Below are positions 36,780-50,300 of a DNA stretch of 64,000 nt, piece after piece. Below the pieces are notes generated by a model. It had not been told where the DNA came from, searched no databases, and saw only the letters and a list, made by a program, of their open reading frames with translations. Every line of letters begins with the position of its first letter. Positions within the stretch are counted from its first letter, which is position 1. The stretch lies in NCBI GenBank assembly GCA_030704615.1, contig CM060732.1, positions 65,286,001 to 65,350,000 of the forward strand. Direction: 5' to 3'. The DNA is from Takakia lepidozioides. Its lineage: Eukaryota; Plantae; Bryophyta. The translations under genes and the position numbers were made by a program.

Positions 36780-39686
36780 ATTGCTTTGCCTTCAGTTTGA
36801 AGGACTTGGGAGCACTGAAGGGTCAAGAGATCCGTATTGAGTTGGCCACTGACATGTCAATCTTTTGGAGACCCTATAGATACAGTGACATGGAGAGGTC
36901 TTTGATTCAGATGAGGACTCAAGATCTCTGGGAGGCAGGTTTGGTGGAGCTCTCTGATGGAGAGTATGCTTCAGCCACAGATGCCAGCCAAGAAGGATGT
37001 CTATGGCAATTGGACGGAGAGACGTATGTGCGGTGATTACCGGCCTGTAAATCGTCAGACCAAGTCCGATAAGTATGCCATGCCAACACCAGAGGAGATC
37101 TTTGATGCCATCGGGCATGCTAAGGTCTTTAGCACTTTGGATTTACGATCCGGATATCACCAGTTGCTGATCAAGGAGGCGGACAAGCAGAAGACGGCAT
37201 TCTGGGGGATCAATGAGCACGGCAAGGATTGCCTATATCAGTGGCGGTTCTTACCATTTGGGCTTAAGAATGCTCTTGCAGAGTTTCAGAGAGTCATGGA
37301 TAGGATTCTAGCAGGGGTGGACTTTGCTCGGTGCTACATAGATGACATCATCATCTTTAGTGTTACGATGGAGGAGCATGAGAGACACCTTCAGGTGGTA
37401 TTGGAGCGCTTGAGAGCGCACGGATTGAAGTTGCATCCGGGGAAGTGCAAGTTTTTCCACAACTAGATTGAGTATCTGGGTCACATGATATATCCTGGAG
37501 GATTGGGGGTACAGCAGACTAAGGTAGAGGCCATTGCACAAATTCCACGCCCCACGGATGTGAGCCGAGTTCGAGCTTTCATGGGGTTGGCAAACTATTA
37601 TAGACGGTTTGTCAAGGGATTTAGTACCATTGCAAAGGCTCTAACCAAGCTGACCAAGGTGGACCAGGAGTGGCAGTGGGAAGATGAGCAAGAACAAGCT
37701 TTTCAAGAGCTCAAGGCGAGGTTGACCTCGGTGCCTATCCTGAGACGACCTATCAGGGGGCGTCCCTTTCAGCTGCATACGGATTGGAGCATGCTGGGGC
37801 TTGGAGCGGTGCTCACACAGGTGGATGATGAGGGAAGAGAGTTCGTAGTGGCTTATACTAGCCACTCGAACAACGCTGCATAGGCTAAGTACAGCTCATA
37901 TGAGGGAGAGTGATTGGTTGCAGTGTGGGCCATGGCACACTTTAGGTGCTATCTATACGGCAATCTTTTCACCCTTGTCACGGATCACCAGCCACTCAAG
38001 TGGTTGATGGAGTCAGACAAGCTTATGGGGAAGCTTGCACGGTGGGCACTCATACTCCAGGAGTATGACTTTCAGGTTGTGCATCGACCGGGTTTGGTCA
38101 ATCGGGATGCGGATGGTGAGACGGACGAGGAGATGGTGCCCGGATGGCACGCATCTGCATTTTTGTGTATCTTGGCATCGGGAGGTCAGGTTGGATCTAC
38201 AACAGAGATGACTGTAGATGGAGTGTGTGAGGACCCTGAGGCTAGTGATGAGCTAGGTGGTGCCAGAGATATACATGAGGATTCGACTGTGTTGGACTAC
38301 CTCCGCATGGGAGACACGACAGCCACTGTGACTGCCAGGGAGAGAGATCGGATCTTGCAACGAGCCAAGAGGTTCAAGTGGGAGGGGATACACCTACTTC
38401 GAGTGTGGGAGGATGGTCGAGTGAGGATTGTGCCTCACCCCACACAACGTGCACGGTTAGTGCGGCATGCCCATGAGGAGTTGGGGCATTTTGGAGTGCG
38501 ACGCACTCACAGTTTACTGCAAGGGCAGTATTGGTGGCGTGGTATGCATACAGAGGTGCAACAGTTCGTGGCTAGGTGCATGGTGTGTGACAGGGTGCGT
38601 GCTTCATTCAACACCCCTACACCACAGTTGCATCCTTTACCAATCATGGGATTGGGCTACAGGTGGAGTCTTGACTTTGTAGGACCATTGCCACTGACTA
38701 TGCGCCACCACAGATATGTGTTGGTGATGGTAGAGCACTTCTCCAAGTGGATTGAGTTGGTTCCATTGCCTGACAAGGCTAGTGAGGGGGCTGCGTATGC
38801 ATTCTTGGATCGTGTGCTTAGCCGATTTGGTGCTCCAGCTGAGGTACTCACGGACCAAGGGAGAGAGTTCTTGGGGGAGTTTCAGGCTTTGTGTGATAAA
38901 GCCTTGATAGACCACCGCACCACTTCTCGGGATCATCCTGAGGCCGATGGCTTAGCAGATAGAGTTGTTCAGACGGTGAAGACGGGTTTGCGCAAGTATG
39001 GCTTGCAGAAGGGACACCTAGGAGATTGGGATCTTCAGGTTCCTTGGTTAGCCATGGGCTACAGGTTCAGCAAACAAGTATCACTTGCCTCCTTCTCACC
39101 ATATTTCCTTTTCTTTGGCCGAGAGCCGGATTTGCCTGCAGCCATTCGTAGGGACACTGCTCAAGTCCTTAACCTTGACGATCCGGACGTGTGGGTACGT
39201 GCAGAGTTGCTCAAGAAAGTCATGCCCATGGCTTTTGAGAACCTTGCCATTGCACAGCACCGTGATGCCACTATACGTGGTGGAGGATATCGTCATGGGG
39301 TTCGGAGGTTTAGCCCTGGTGACTATGTTTATTTGCAGCAGACTGCTCCTACGACTCTGGATGTTACTGCAGGGTGTGTTATTCTGAGGGTTCGAGATGT
39401 GTTGCCCTCAGGGCTCCTGATCTTGGAGGTTCGGGATGGCATGACTTGGAAGGACCATGTGCGTAATTGTGCGCCATGTCACCTTCCCAATGTCGATGGC
39501 AGAGTTGACCCAAACTTGACAGTGGTACCTACAGGTTTGAGGTGCATGCTCTGTGGGTCTGCCAAAGGGTCAGCCACCATGCTGGTGTGTGATCGATGCT
39601 CAAGGGGTTGGCATATGGGATGCTTGACACCACCTCTTGAGAAGGTTCCTGACAAAGATTGGTTGTGTCCACACTGCTTGGAATAG
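36780..39686 (+). pseudogene. RT-RNaseH-integrase-PHD part of the DNMT-Gypsy pol
   Basis: RRMCGDYRPVN, LDLRSGYHQ, YIDD, LHTDWS, VTDHQPL, HEELGH..CMVC, WSLDFVGP, TDQGREF; C-terminal C4HC3 finger CMLC..CDRC..WHMGC..WLCPHC (39540-39683). Confidence 0.93.
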
Positions 39687-40109
39687 TGGCAGTGGACATG
39701 ACTGGAGGCAGCTAACAAGACATGGGAGGCCAAGCTCATAGGAGTCAATACATGAGATCCCAAGCTCAAGTTCACAGGTTGCAAGACGGCGACTAACGAT
39801 GGGGCAACTCTTGCACCCGGCCTCTTGATCTATTGAGTTTGAGTGTAGTAGGGATAGTGGTGGAGGACTTAGTGAGGCTATGGTCACTATCACATCTTGT
39901 GGCTACCTGGACTTAGAGGGACCTAAGCACCAGCTAGGGGGGCGATTGTGTGGACTAGTGACTGCCATAGTGGGCAGCATAGTGGCAGCCTAGTGACTGA
40001 CTAGTTGTAGCCTAGTGGTGGACTAGTGGTATACTAGTGTGTGGTGTGCACATGTGTTGTGTGGTTTTGGACAGCGATGTAGTTGTGTAGCGATATGTAT
40101 GCGCACGAC

Positions 40110-40620
40110 AAACTCACACAGAAATACAAAGAACAAAGATCAGAAAGAAACATAAACAAAGAACAGAAAGTGAAAGAAAAGAACAAATGAAGGCTATTGA
40201 GAAGAACTAAGAGACAGTTCTATTTTGCCACAGAATCGAAAGAACAAAGAAACATAAACAAACAATAGAAGCAAAGAAGAAACACAAATGATTGCAAGTT
40301 CTACATACTTATAGAGTTTTCAAAGAAAAAAAAAAAACAACTGAATGAAAGAGAAAAAAGAAGAGAAAGTTCTATTCTATCGAAAAACTCACACAGAAGA
40401 CAAAGAATAGAGATTAGAAAGAAACATAAACAGAGAACCAAAAGTGAAGAACAAAGACAAAAGAAACTACTGAGAAGAACTTAAAAACATTGCCAAAGAA
40501 CCGAAAGAACAGATAAACATAAACAAACAACAGAGAGCAAAACTGAGAGACAGTTCTATTGTCTGCAAACAACTTATGGAAGAAAGAGAAGAAAATGATC
40601 CTCGTTTTCAATACTTATAG
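40110..40620. repeat. Purine-rich degenerate repeat (AAAGAAACATAAACAAAGAAC-like)
   Basis: Recurring A-rich units with strong strand asymmetry. Confidence 0.6.
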
Positions 40621-40837
40621 GGAAAAAAATGAGGTACAGTCTAAAAAGAATGAATGAAAAATAAAATAATTGGATGAAAACAGAATGAAAAGTTATTATT
40701 TATTAACCTTATCCCACACACTTTTTGAATAGGTAATAACTCATGAAGATTTATTTAAAAATGTATGTCGGTGCTTTACAAATAGCTGTATGAACGTCGA
40801 TGACAAAATCTTGTTTTGATTGTAATAAATGGTGTCA

Positions 40838-42760
40838 CCTACAAATTTTGTCAGTACATACCAATAAATAGTACACGTGATTCTTAAATGTAATGATCAA
40901 AGTTGATACATTTATTACAGATTTTTATTTTTTTTTATTTTTTTGGTCCCCCTTAGGACTTCTTAGGGCCGCCCTAAGGAGTCCTAAGAGCAATAAAAAA
41001 TAACAATTTATATATTCCATTTTCCCCTTTTAGGACTCCTTAGGGCAGTCCTAAGGAGTCCTAAGGGCAATTAGAGATAATAATTATATGTTCCATTTTC
41101 CCCCTCTTATAACTCTTAGGTTGCCTAAAGGGCAATAAGAGATAATAATTATATGTTCCATTTTCCCCCTCTTATAACTCTTAGGTTGCCTAAACGGGTC
41201 TTAATGGAAATTATTTATGTCTTTCCATTTTTCTCCTCTTAGGACTCCTTAGGACTATCCTAAGAAGTCCTAAGGGTAATTATAAATAATTTATTTATAT
41301 TTATATTTTCCTATAATTTATATATTTCCATTTTTCCCCTCTTAGGACTCCTTAGGATTCCTTAGGGCTGCCCTAAGGAGTCCTAAGGGCAATTATAAAT
41401 AATAATTTACATCTTTCAATTTTTTCCGTCTTACTAAGGGCAATTATAGATAATAATTTATACGTTTCCATTCTCCCTCTCTTATAACCCCTTAGGCTGC
41501 CTAAACTGGGCATAAGGGCAAATATTTATGTCTTTCCATTTTTTTCCTCTTATGACTCCTTAGGACTGTCCTTTGAAGCCCTAAGGGTAATTATAAATTA
41601 TAATTTCTACGTTTTTATTTTTTCCTCTCTTAGGACTCCTTAGGGCCGTCCTGAGGAGTCCTAAGGGCAAATAAAAATTAGAATTTATACGTTTCTATTT
41701 TCCCCCTCTCATAACCCTTTAGGCTGCCGGGTCTTAAGGACAATTATTTATGTCTTTCTATTGTTCTCCTCTTAGGACAGTCCAGGACTCCTTCGGACTG
41801 TCCTAAGAAGCCCTAAGGATAATTATAAATAATAATTATATTTTCATTTTTCCCTCTCTTAGGACTCCTTAGGGCCGCCCTACGGAGTCTTAAGGGCAAT
41901 TATAATAATAATTTATATATTTTTATTTTCCCCTCTTATGACTCCTTAGGGCAGTCCTAAAAAGTCCTAAGGGAAATTATAGATAATATTTATATGTTCC
42001 ATTTTCCCCTGCTTATAACTCCTTAGGTTGCGTAAACGGGTCTTAAGGGCAATTATTTATGTCTTTCCATTTTTCTCCTCTTAGGACTCCTTAGGACTAT
42101 CCTAAGAAGTCCTAAGGGTAATTGTAAATAATAATGTATATGTTTTTATTTTCCTATAATTTACATATTTCTATTTTCCCCCTCTTAGGACTCCTTAGGA
42201 GTCCCTAGGGCAATTATAAATAATAATTTATATTTTTCAATTTTCTCCTTCTTACTAAGGGCAATTATAGATAATAATCTATATGTTTCCAATGTCCCTC
42301 TCTTATAACCCCTTAGACTGCCTAAATGGGTCTTAAGGGCAAATATTTATGTATTTCCATTTTTTTTCCTCTTAGGCTCTTTAGGACTGTCCTAAGAAGT
42401 CCTAAGGGTAACTATAAATAATAATATATATGTTTTCATTTCCCCCTTTTAAACTCCTTAGGGCCGCCCTAAGGAGTCCTAAGGGCAATTATAATTAATA
42501 ATTTATATATTTCTATTTTCCCTCTCTTATGACTCCTTAGGGTGGCAATCCTAAGGAGTCCTAAGGGCAGTTATAAATAATAATATATATCTTACTAGTT
42601 TTCTATTTTTAACATAAGTACTAACACGTAAAGGTTTATTTCAAAAAAGGTTGTCATGTTTTGTTTTAATTATAATAAATGATGACAACCTACCAATTTT
42701 GTCGGTACATACCAATAAATAGTGTATGTGATTCATAAATATAATGACCAAAGTTGATAC
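40838..42760. repeat. AT-rich array of hairpin units (CTTAGGACTCCTTAGGG..CCTAAGGAGTCCTAAG) bracketed by a ~72-bp direct repeat
   Basis: Many units across 40950-42570; ACCTAC(A/C)AATTTTGTC..AAAGTTGATAC at ~40838-40909 and ~42688-42760. Confidence 0.85.
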
Positions 42761-43041
42761 TTTTATAATAGTAGTTTATATTTTTTCTATTTCCCTTAAG
42801 AAATATTCTTTTCTTTTAGAGTTTTCAAGTCTCTCATGATCTCGCTTAGCCTCTTCCAATTTTTCTGTACATCTTCCGCAGTTTTTGACAATGTTGCCTA
42901 TAGTCTGACTCTCTTAATTAATTACAATAGAAAGAAAAAAATAGATTGAAGTACTTGGAATCAGATTGTTACATGTCCGATCTTTAGATGTTTAGAATAT
43001 ATATACACATATATATAACATACTTGATTTTACATGTTTAA

Positions 43042-43700
43042 CCCTTAAGTTCCCAAGCCCTTTTTTGACTTTTTACCAATTTTGGGTACCCAGCTGCAGT
43101 AAATTGCCCCTAGAAACCTACCAAAAATCATCCGGAGATTCCAGCCTTATAGCAATGGGCCCAGCTCATTTATGCATGACATACCAAAAAATGAGCCAAG
43201 TCCACCGTGGAAATTGTGAGATTATAGCGTTGGCCCGGACCTCAAATATGAGGTCCCAAAGAAAAATTGAGAAAGAAATTGGTTTGACCAAATCAAAACC
43301 TAGCTTTATCCAATTTTGCTTGCCCCAAGACCCACCATTTTCAATTCAATAGTGGAGTGGCTATGACCCCACTAAATTGCAGGTCCAACTGATTTTTTCA
43401 CCTATGGTTTCTATGCAGGCAATTACATGGGGGTTGAAATCTCAAAATTGACAAGAGAAAATGTGCCTCCAAATGAAGTACTTTTTTTTCTACAAATTTT
43501 TTAAAAGCCAATGGTGGATGTGTGTATGTAATGCTCACACACCACAAGGTGAAGTGTTTTTTCCAAAATTGCTAATTTTATGCCAAAAATGGCCTTTGGA
43601 GTGCAATCTGTTTTGGGCTTGTTTACCTGCCACGTCAGCGGTCAACAAGCCCTTTTCAGGCCCCAAAACGTAAATGAGAGATCTATCAAACCGCAATCTC
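43042..43700. mobile_element. Orphan piggyBac-type terminus
   Basis: TTAA (43038-43041) followed by CCCTTAAGTTCCCAAGC; the internal extent is a guess. Confidence 0.6.
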
Positions 43701-43969
43701 AAAGCAGCTGCTTCAAATGCCTCTGTGGCCTCGTCTCTATTCAGATCCCTGAGTCGATTTTAATTAAACAAATCTTCTGGATTTGGAGGGACAATATGGT
43801 GATTGTTGGATTCCCTGGGTCCGTCCCCTGTCGGTGTCGGCTGTTTCTCTGGCTGGAGAACTTTGTGCTCTGCAATGTTGCATTGCCCTGGCGCCACATA
43901 CTGACCCTCATTCTTTTGTAGACGCAAGCCCTTCTTCCGCACCTTCAAAGGTGGCATGTCTGTGAGTTT

Positions 43970-46091
43970 TTTCGAGGCGCCAGACCGTGCTTGGTAGACC
44001 GCCCTCTGTGACCATGGTCGATTTCTTGACCATATCGCACGACCAAGTGGAGCGCCTCCACCACAAAAGCGAGCTCCTGAATGGCACTACACCTCCCACT
44101 ATCTCCGCAGAAGATGAAGTAACCTCCCCACAGAGTGTAGCTGCCAGCCTGAACACCTCAGCTGGTCTTACCCCCGGCGTCGCAATCATGGTAGCCGAGA
44201 ACAATGGAGCCTGACACACAGATGTGGCCGCTCCTAGCAGCACACTAGCTGCCGTAGCCTTGGCAACACTAGGTAGTGGTGCTACTTGTGTAGCTCTCCC
44301 CAATGGCATAGTAACCTCCGCCTCGGTAACAGTCAGGCGAGAACTAGGTGCCATGGATGGCGTCGACACTGTCTCCGCCAATGTGAATGACTGAGGAAGC
44401 CTAGCCTGACGGCTTACGTCCCCACGCTGTGGATCCAACTCCACCTCTGCACCTCGTGGCTCAGGAACTCTTGCTGCTCCTCAAGTCACGGCTGCAGCAG
44501 ACTCCACTTGCACTAGTGGTAGTGCTGCTCCACACATGAATCCCATGCCTCCCATATCTCCTCCCTCAGGAGCAGGAGGTGGACCATCCGGCCTTAGAGC
44601 CGGTACCACCTGAGCTGTAGCCATGGCAGCGAGCCTCTGCTCTAGCTGCTAAAGCCGGTTGGCCATGCCTTGGTCAACACCCTGACCTCCGCGTCCTTGG
44701 CCATGTTGAGCTTGCCATTGGCCTGCACCTCGTGGCTGGCCACCTCGTCCTCTCTGGGCTGCTCCACCTCGCCCCCGGCCACCATTGTTCCCTTGAAACT
44801 GGCCTGGGCGCAACTCAGGATGCAAACCATAACACTGGGCCTCGCCATGCCCGTGCTTGCCACAATGCCCACACTGCAACTGTGCAGGCTGTGCATGTGC
44901 CGGCCCTTTGCCTCCCTCTGGGCAATCCTTCTTGGCATGGGGTCCTCCACATGTCTAGCACACCACATCCGCCCGTTGTTGGCCAACAAATGAAGGGAGA
45001 GACCCCTGCATCTGAGGTCCTCTCTGCCCTTCCCTGAGCTTCACCTGAGCCCCCTTCTTGCCTTGAGCACGTTGAGATAGTGGTTGGCTAGGAGCACCAC
45101 TACCCCGTGGTGTCTCCTTAGCAAATCCCACCATGACCACTCGTTCCTCCACCATGTTGAACTCTATCCGCTCTGCCAGCAAAAACACATTTGCTAAGGT
45201 GGGTTGGGCCACTTGTAGGAGAGTTGCATCCCGCACCCTTCTCCTCAGCTCCTTGTCCAATATCCCATACCAGAATTGGACTGCCTGAGCTTCCGTAATC
45301 CCTTGGGTTACATTTGTCAAGTGCCTCATACGAGTGAAAGCCTCCCTCAAGCTCTCGGTCGGCTTCCGTTGGAACTCTTGCAAGCTCCGCAACTTCTCTG
45401 TCCTCACCCCTTGGTAGTTCCCTCTCAACTCTTCGAAGAACTCCACAACAGGGTTGAAGGCAGGCACGGGTACTAGTGCTGGTGCAGTAGTGGCTTGGGT
45501 GGACGTCGTAGCTACTATACCACCAGTCCCACTAGTCCCACTGCTACTTGCTGAAGCTGCCGGTGCAGCGGCAGGTGTAGCCACTGCCCTCATGGCTCTA
45601 GTGCCCGTAGTGATGGAGACATAGTCGGGTGACCAGTACATCCTCCACTCCTCGATCTCAACCTCATGCCCCCGCCTGAACTCATGGTAATCATCCATAG
45701 GCGGCCCCTCAAGGTGCTGAAATAGCCCCTTCCATGCCATGAAAGGCGTAAATAGTTGTGGATTGCGCATTTGCTGCAAATCACACCAACTATCAAACTC
45801 TTGGATAAAATCATCCAACTCGATGGTGCCCACCGCCCCAGAGTACCTTCGTGGCCCCTTGGTAGCTCCATACATCTCCTCCATTGTGTCCCACAACAAT
45901 GGCAAAGAAACAACTTGCACCGCCGGTATGAGTCCTCCTGATTCACAATCCGAATCAGAACCTTTCGTAGAAGACACATGAGGTGAAGGTGGCCTAAACC
46001 GCACACCTCGTCTCGTGTACCCACTAGTATCGCTAGTGCTCGAACCGGCACTGTCCCCAGCAACTAGTGGCACCTCCGTGTTGACACTCAA
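43970..46091 (-). pseudogene. Retrotransposon gag region with Zn knuckle; frameshifted, pol absent
   Basis: ELDDFIQEFDSWCD..LQEFQRKPTESLREAFTRM..FWYGILDKELR, then CGHCGKHGHGEAQC and RGG-rich tracts. Confidence 0.8.
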
Positions 46092-46799
46092 CCAGTCATG
46101 AACATGTCCCTAACCCCCTCTCCACAAGGTAACCGGGTAGAGAACCTGTTGCGGCTTATGGTTTGGAATACTAAGTTCCTAACATAGCCTACACCTGTAC
46201 CTGCATCCACCGCAAGCACTCCTATGGTTGGCTGGTCATCACCTCCAACCTCACCACAAGATAAACAATGATGGTCTGACTGGTCATCATCCCAGCCTCA
46301 CCATCGACAGCATGTTCTAGGATTGGCCGGTGATCAAATCCGGACCAATCACCTATAAAAACAAGCGCCCACACAAAACTAGCATGGCGCACAATCAAGC
46401 ATGCAGGTATGGAGGGGATCCAAACACAAGAAATCAGAACGACAACTCCCCCACACAAAAAACAACTCCACGGTGTTGCTCCTGCAATGACACCCCAGCC
46501 CAAACCCGGACTGACTCTTGCCTCCACCTACGGAAAGGTCTTGGCCTAATGAGAGGGTGGAAACTACGAGGAAGAGAAGCTAAAGCAATGCCTAACCCCA
46601 GCATGCCCTCATCCCAACACTCTTCCTCTCCTCTCTCAACCTCGCTTGCATGACCATGGGAATATCATGAAGATATTCCTCAAACCGCCCTCCACGAGCT
46701 TCAAAATTCGGCCGTCAAGACCACATGTCAGTCCTTAGGTAGTTCACCAGTGGCTCCATGAGTCAGCACAGGCCGTCCACAGGTCAACACGGGCCACCA

Positions 46800-47350
46800 C
46801 ACACAGGCCCACACACCTCACTGCTCACAGCCGTCACAGCCCATCACAACCCCAAAGGCCACAGGCACAGCCTGTCACAACCCTACAAAGGTCACAGGGT
46901 CACAGCCCCAAATGCCACAGCCTATCACAGCCCCTCACAGCCCCATAGGCCATAGGGCACAACCTGTCACAGCCCGACACAGGTCACATGGGTCACAGCC
47001 CCTCACAGCCCCTCACAGCCCCACAGGCCACAGGGCACAGCCTGTCACAACCCCTCACAGCCCGTCACAGCCCCACAGGCCACTAGGCACAGCCTGTCAC
47101 AGCCCGTCACAGCCCGTCACAGCCCCACAGGCCACAGAGCACAGCCTGTCACAGCTCGCCACAGCCCATCACAGCCCCACAGGGCACAGGGCACAGCCTG
47201 TCACAGCCCCTCATAGCCCATCACAGCCCCACAGGCCATTGGGCACAGTCTGTCACAGCCCCTCATAGCCCGTCACAGCTTGCCACAGCTTGTCACAGCC
47301 CGCCACAGCCCGTCACAGCCCATCACAGCCTGTCACAGCTCGCCACAGCC
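46800..47350. repeat. Minisatellite of (GT)CACAGCC(C) units upstream of the gag gene
   Basis: Dozens of CACAGCC motifs. Confidence 0.9.
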
Positions 47351-50300
47351 TGTCACGGCTCGTGTCGCGCACCTCACTTCGGTAAGCTCCCCTTCAAGTC
47401 ATAGTTACTCGCTTTGATGCACGCGCCTAACTCCCAACCTGGCCGCCGGGCCAACTTGGAGCTTCGGCTGCTCACCGGGGCATAATGGTCCCCCTTTGAT
47501 CTCCCAAAGAACCCTCCACCGATTTGGGCCCAGCGGGAATTCCCTTTGGTAGTTGGCAGTCCGGAACAGCTCCTCACTCTTTGGTCGCTTTCCGGCTCGC
47601 TCGCTTACTCACTAGTTTTTGGTCACCAACGGGCTCGCACCGTTCTCGGGGTTACTACTCCCTATATATACTTCTGTAGCTGTCCGCGGGGGTTTCACAA
47701 ACAACCATGCCATTTTATGGCGAACCACCACGAAAACCCTCGACTCCCGGTGATGAGTCGCAGTGAGTCTTGGCCCACCCACCACGGCCCCTATGGACCG
47801 TGATGAGTCCCAAGACTCCCCACGACTCCCACCACGAGGTCTCCGCCCCAAGGTGAGTCCTATGCCACCCCCACTAAGTCCCGCTAAGCTACCACCACCC
47901 CTTTATGAAGCCACCCCCACCGCATCCCGGTGTGAAGGGCTCCACCTAGTGAGCACCTCCGCCTCCTTGAGTGCCTTGGGCACTCAAGGGTGCTTCAGCC
48001 CCCCATACCTATCGCTGCCACTGCCCCCACCACAGGGGCAACCCCTCATGTGTCCCGACCCCCTGCCCTCAAGGCAAAAGGGCGCGACACACACCCCTAC
48101 CAACAGGGAGTCGATGTCCTCATCAACTTGTCCATTTTGTAGAAACGAACATCCAAGTTGTGGCGTCCCACATCAAGGAGTTTGTTTCCGTACCATGGCG
48201 TCCCATGGCAAAGAGCCAAACCCCACACTTGACTCTACTCTCCACTAGCTAGTTCGGCCGACTTCCTCCAAGTCCCGGCCAGGGGTGGAGCCTCTCAAGC
48301 TCCTCCCAGTGCACTCTTCTTGGCCTACTTCAAGGCCAAGGAACGATCCTCCCCGAGGATCGAATCGCCTTACTGCAACAACATTGCTTGCGATTGCTCA
48401 TGATGCCGCTTTTGGCATCACCTTGCGCAAGAGTTCACCTCGAACCCCCTTTGACTAGGAAGATAACCTTGAACCAACCGTGCGCCCCAATCACTACAAT
48501 TGGGTCCGTCTTGGAATGCTGGCCTGAGGTACGGGAACACGTCGAAGCCGCACTACGACTTCGTCCCGAGGCTACACGATTATAGTATGTGAACGGAAGC
48601 ACGTAGCTTCCGCGTTAGCCCGCACTACAAGGCAACCACCTCGGTAGCGCAGTTATAGTACGCGCACGCGCCAGGTGCGCACTAGCACGTGAACTCCCAA
48701 AGAAGGCGCATGTTTCCTTGCCCCTTGGATGGGAGTCACCCGATTTCGGCACTGCGCAAACACACGATTAACCCAATTTACCTCTCCCACTTTTGTAAGC
48801 TAGCATGCATTCTACACACTAGCCAACCACACCATGCATCACCATTCTAAACAAAATAGGACGCACAACATTTGGAACCCATTTCCTTTATAACAAATTT
48901 TTGTACAATACAAGTTTTTGCAATCGGATTTCTGAGCTAGCTAAGCCGGGCTAAGCATGCATTTTCTCCCCCACGCTCCAAGGTTGATGTCCCCATCAAC
49001 GCTTCTTCCGCTTTTGAGGTCGCCCTTCAAAAACTGCAACCGCCTCGGATGCGTTTTCCATTTCTGAGGCACGCACCCAAGATGCCTCCACATGATGATA
49101 GCCCTTCCATTTGACGAGATACTCCGTTTCTCGGTTCTTGAACCTCCTCGACTTAAGTACTGCCTCCACCTCGTACTCAGGTTCATTTTCATGATCCAAC
49201 AGCACAGGTAGCGGACGCAACACTTGATGCCGATTCGGACGCGCTTCATCTTTGAAGTAAGGCTTCAAAATGGAGACGTGGAATACTAGATGCACCTTAC
49301 TGTTTGCCGGCAGCTCCAATTCATACACATTCTCATTCATAACCTTCCGGATGCGAAAGGGTCCTGCATACGAAGGTACGAACTTTGGACTCATTTCCGG
49401 AGGTAGTCGGAAATTCTTGATGTTCAACCAGACCTCCGTGCCTGCCTCAAATTTCACTTCCCTCCGCTTCCGATTCGCCTGCCTTTCATACCGTTTCCTA
49501 GCTTTGGCAATGTTGTACTTTGCGAGCTTCAACAAACGCTCGCGTTCTTCCAGTATCGCCGCTACTGCCGGTTCCTCAACATCCTGGGCGGCCCAACTTG
49601 TCGGCACCAGAGGTGCTTTTCTATAGACCAACACGAAAGGGGAAACTCTAGTTGCGGAGTGTTCTGTGTTATTATAACAGAACTCTACCGCGTCTAAGTG
49701 TTCCACCCAGTCTGATTGGTCTGCTGACACGTAATTCCGCAAGATCTGCTTCACTACGGAATTCACTCTTTCCGTTTGGCCGTCGGTCGTAGGTCGGAAG
49801 GCGGTGCTCATCTTCAGCCTCGTCCCCATCTTCTTCCAAAGTGTCCTCCAAAATTTACTCGTAAACTTTGGATCGCGGTCCGAGACAATATCCTTCATGA
49901 CTCCATGATGCTTTAAGACGTGGGCGAAGTAAAGTCGCCCTGTCTCCTGCGCCGTTGCCGTCTCCTTGGTGGGGATGAAATGGCCCATTTTACTGAACCT
50001 ATCCACCACCACCATGATTGCATCGAATCCTTTTGACAGCGGCATAGCAGTCATGAAATCCATCAAGACGCTTTCCCAAGTCCCCTCTGGAATCGGCAAG
50101 GGTTGTAACAGCCCCGCTTGCTTTTTGTACTCGCTCCGGTTTTGTTGGCATGTGGTGCATGTCTTGACATACTCCTCTGCCTCCTCCCTCAGTTTGGGCC
50201 AGAAATACTCTTTCTTCAAGAGTGCCGCAGTGCGCTTGGCTCCGCCGTGGCCCGCAAGCGGGCTATCATGACATTTTCTCAAGAGACTATCTCTGATCCC

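Larger units (their letters stand above)
27331..40040 (+). mobile_element. Ty3/Gypsy retrotransposon carrying a C5-DNA methyltransferase and a PHD finger; 5'-truncated, interrupted by MULE copy C
   Basis: Protease tail (SYDVLVGG, ~27352-27378), DNMT, RT (YIDD), RNase H, integrase, PHD; purine tract AGGGGGGCGAT then TG at ~39947 (start of a truncated 3' LTR). Confidence 0.88.

Noticed and set aside
25186-43042. A single piggyBac element bounded by the matching TIRs
   Set aside because: The termini face outward, with TTAA on the inner side of each
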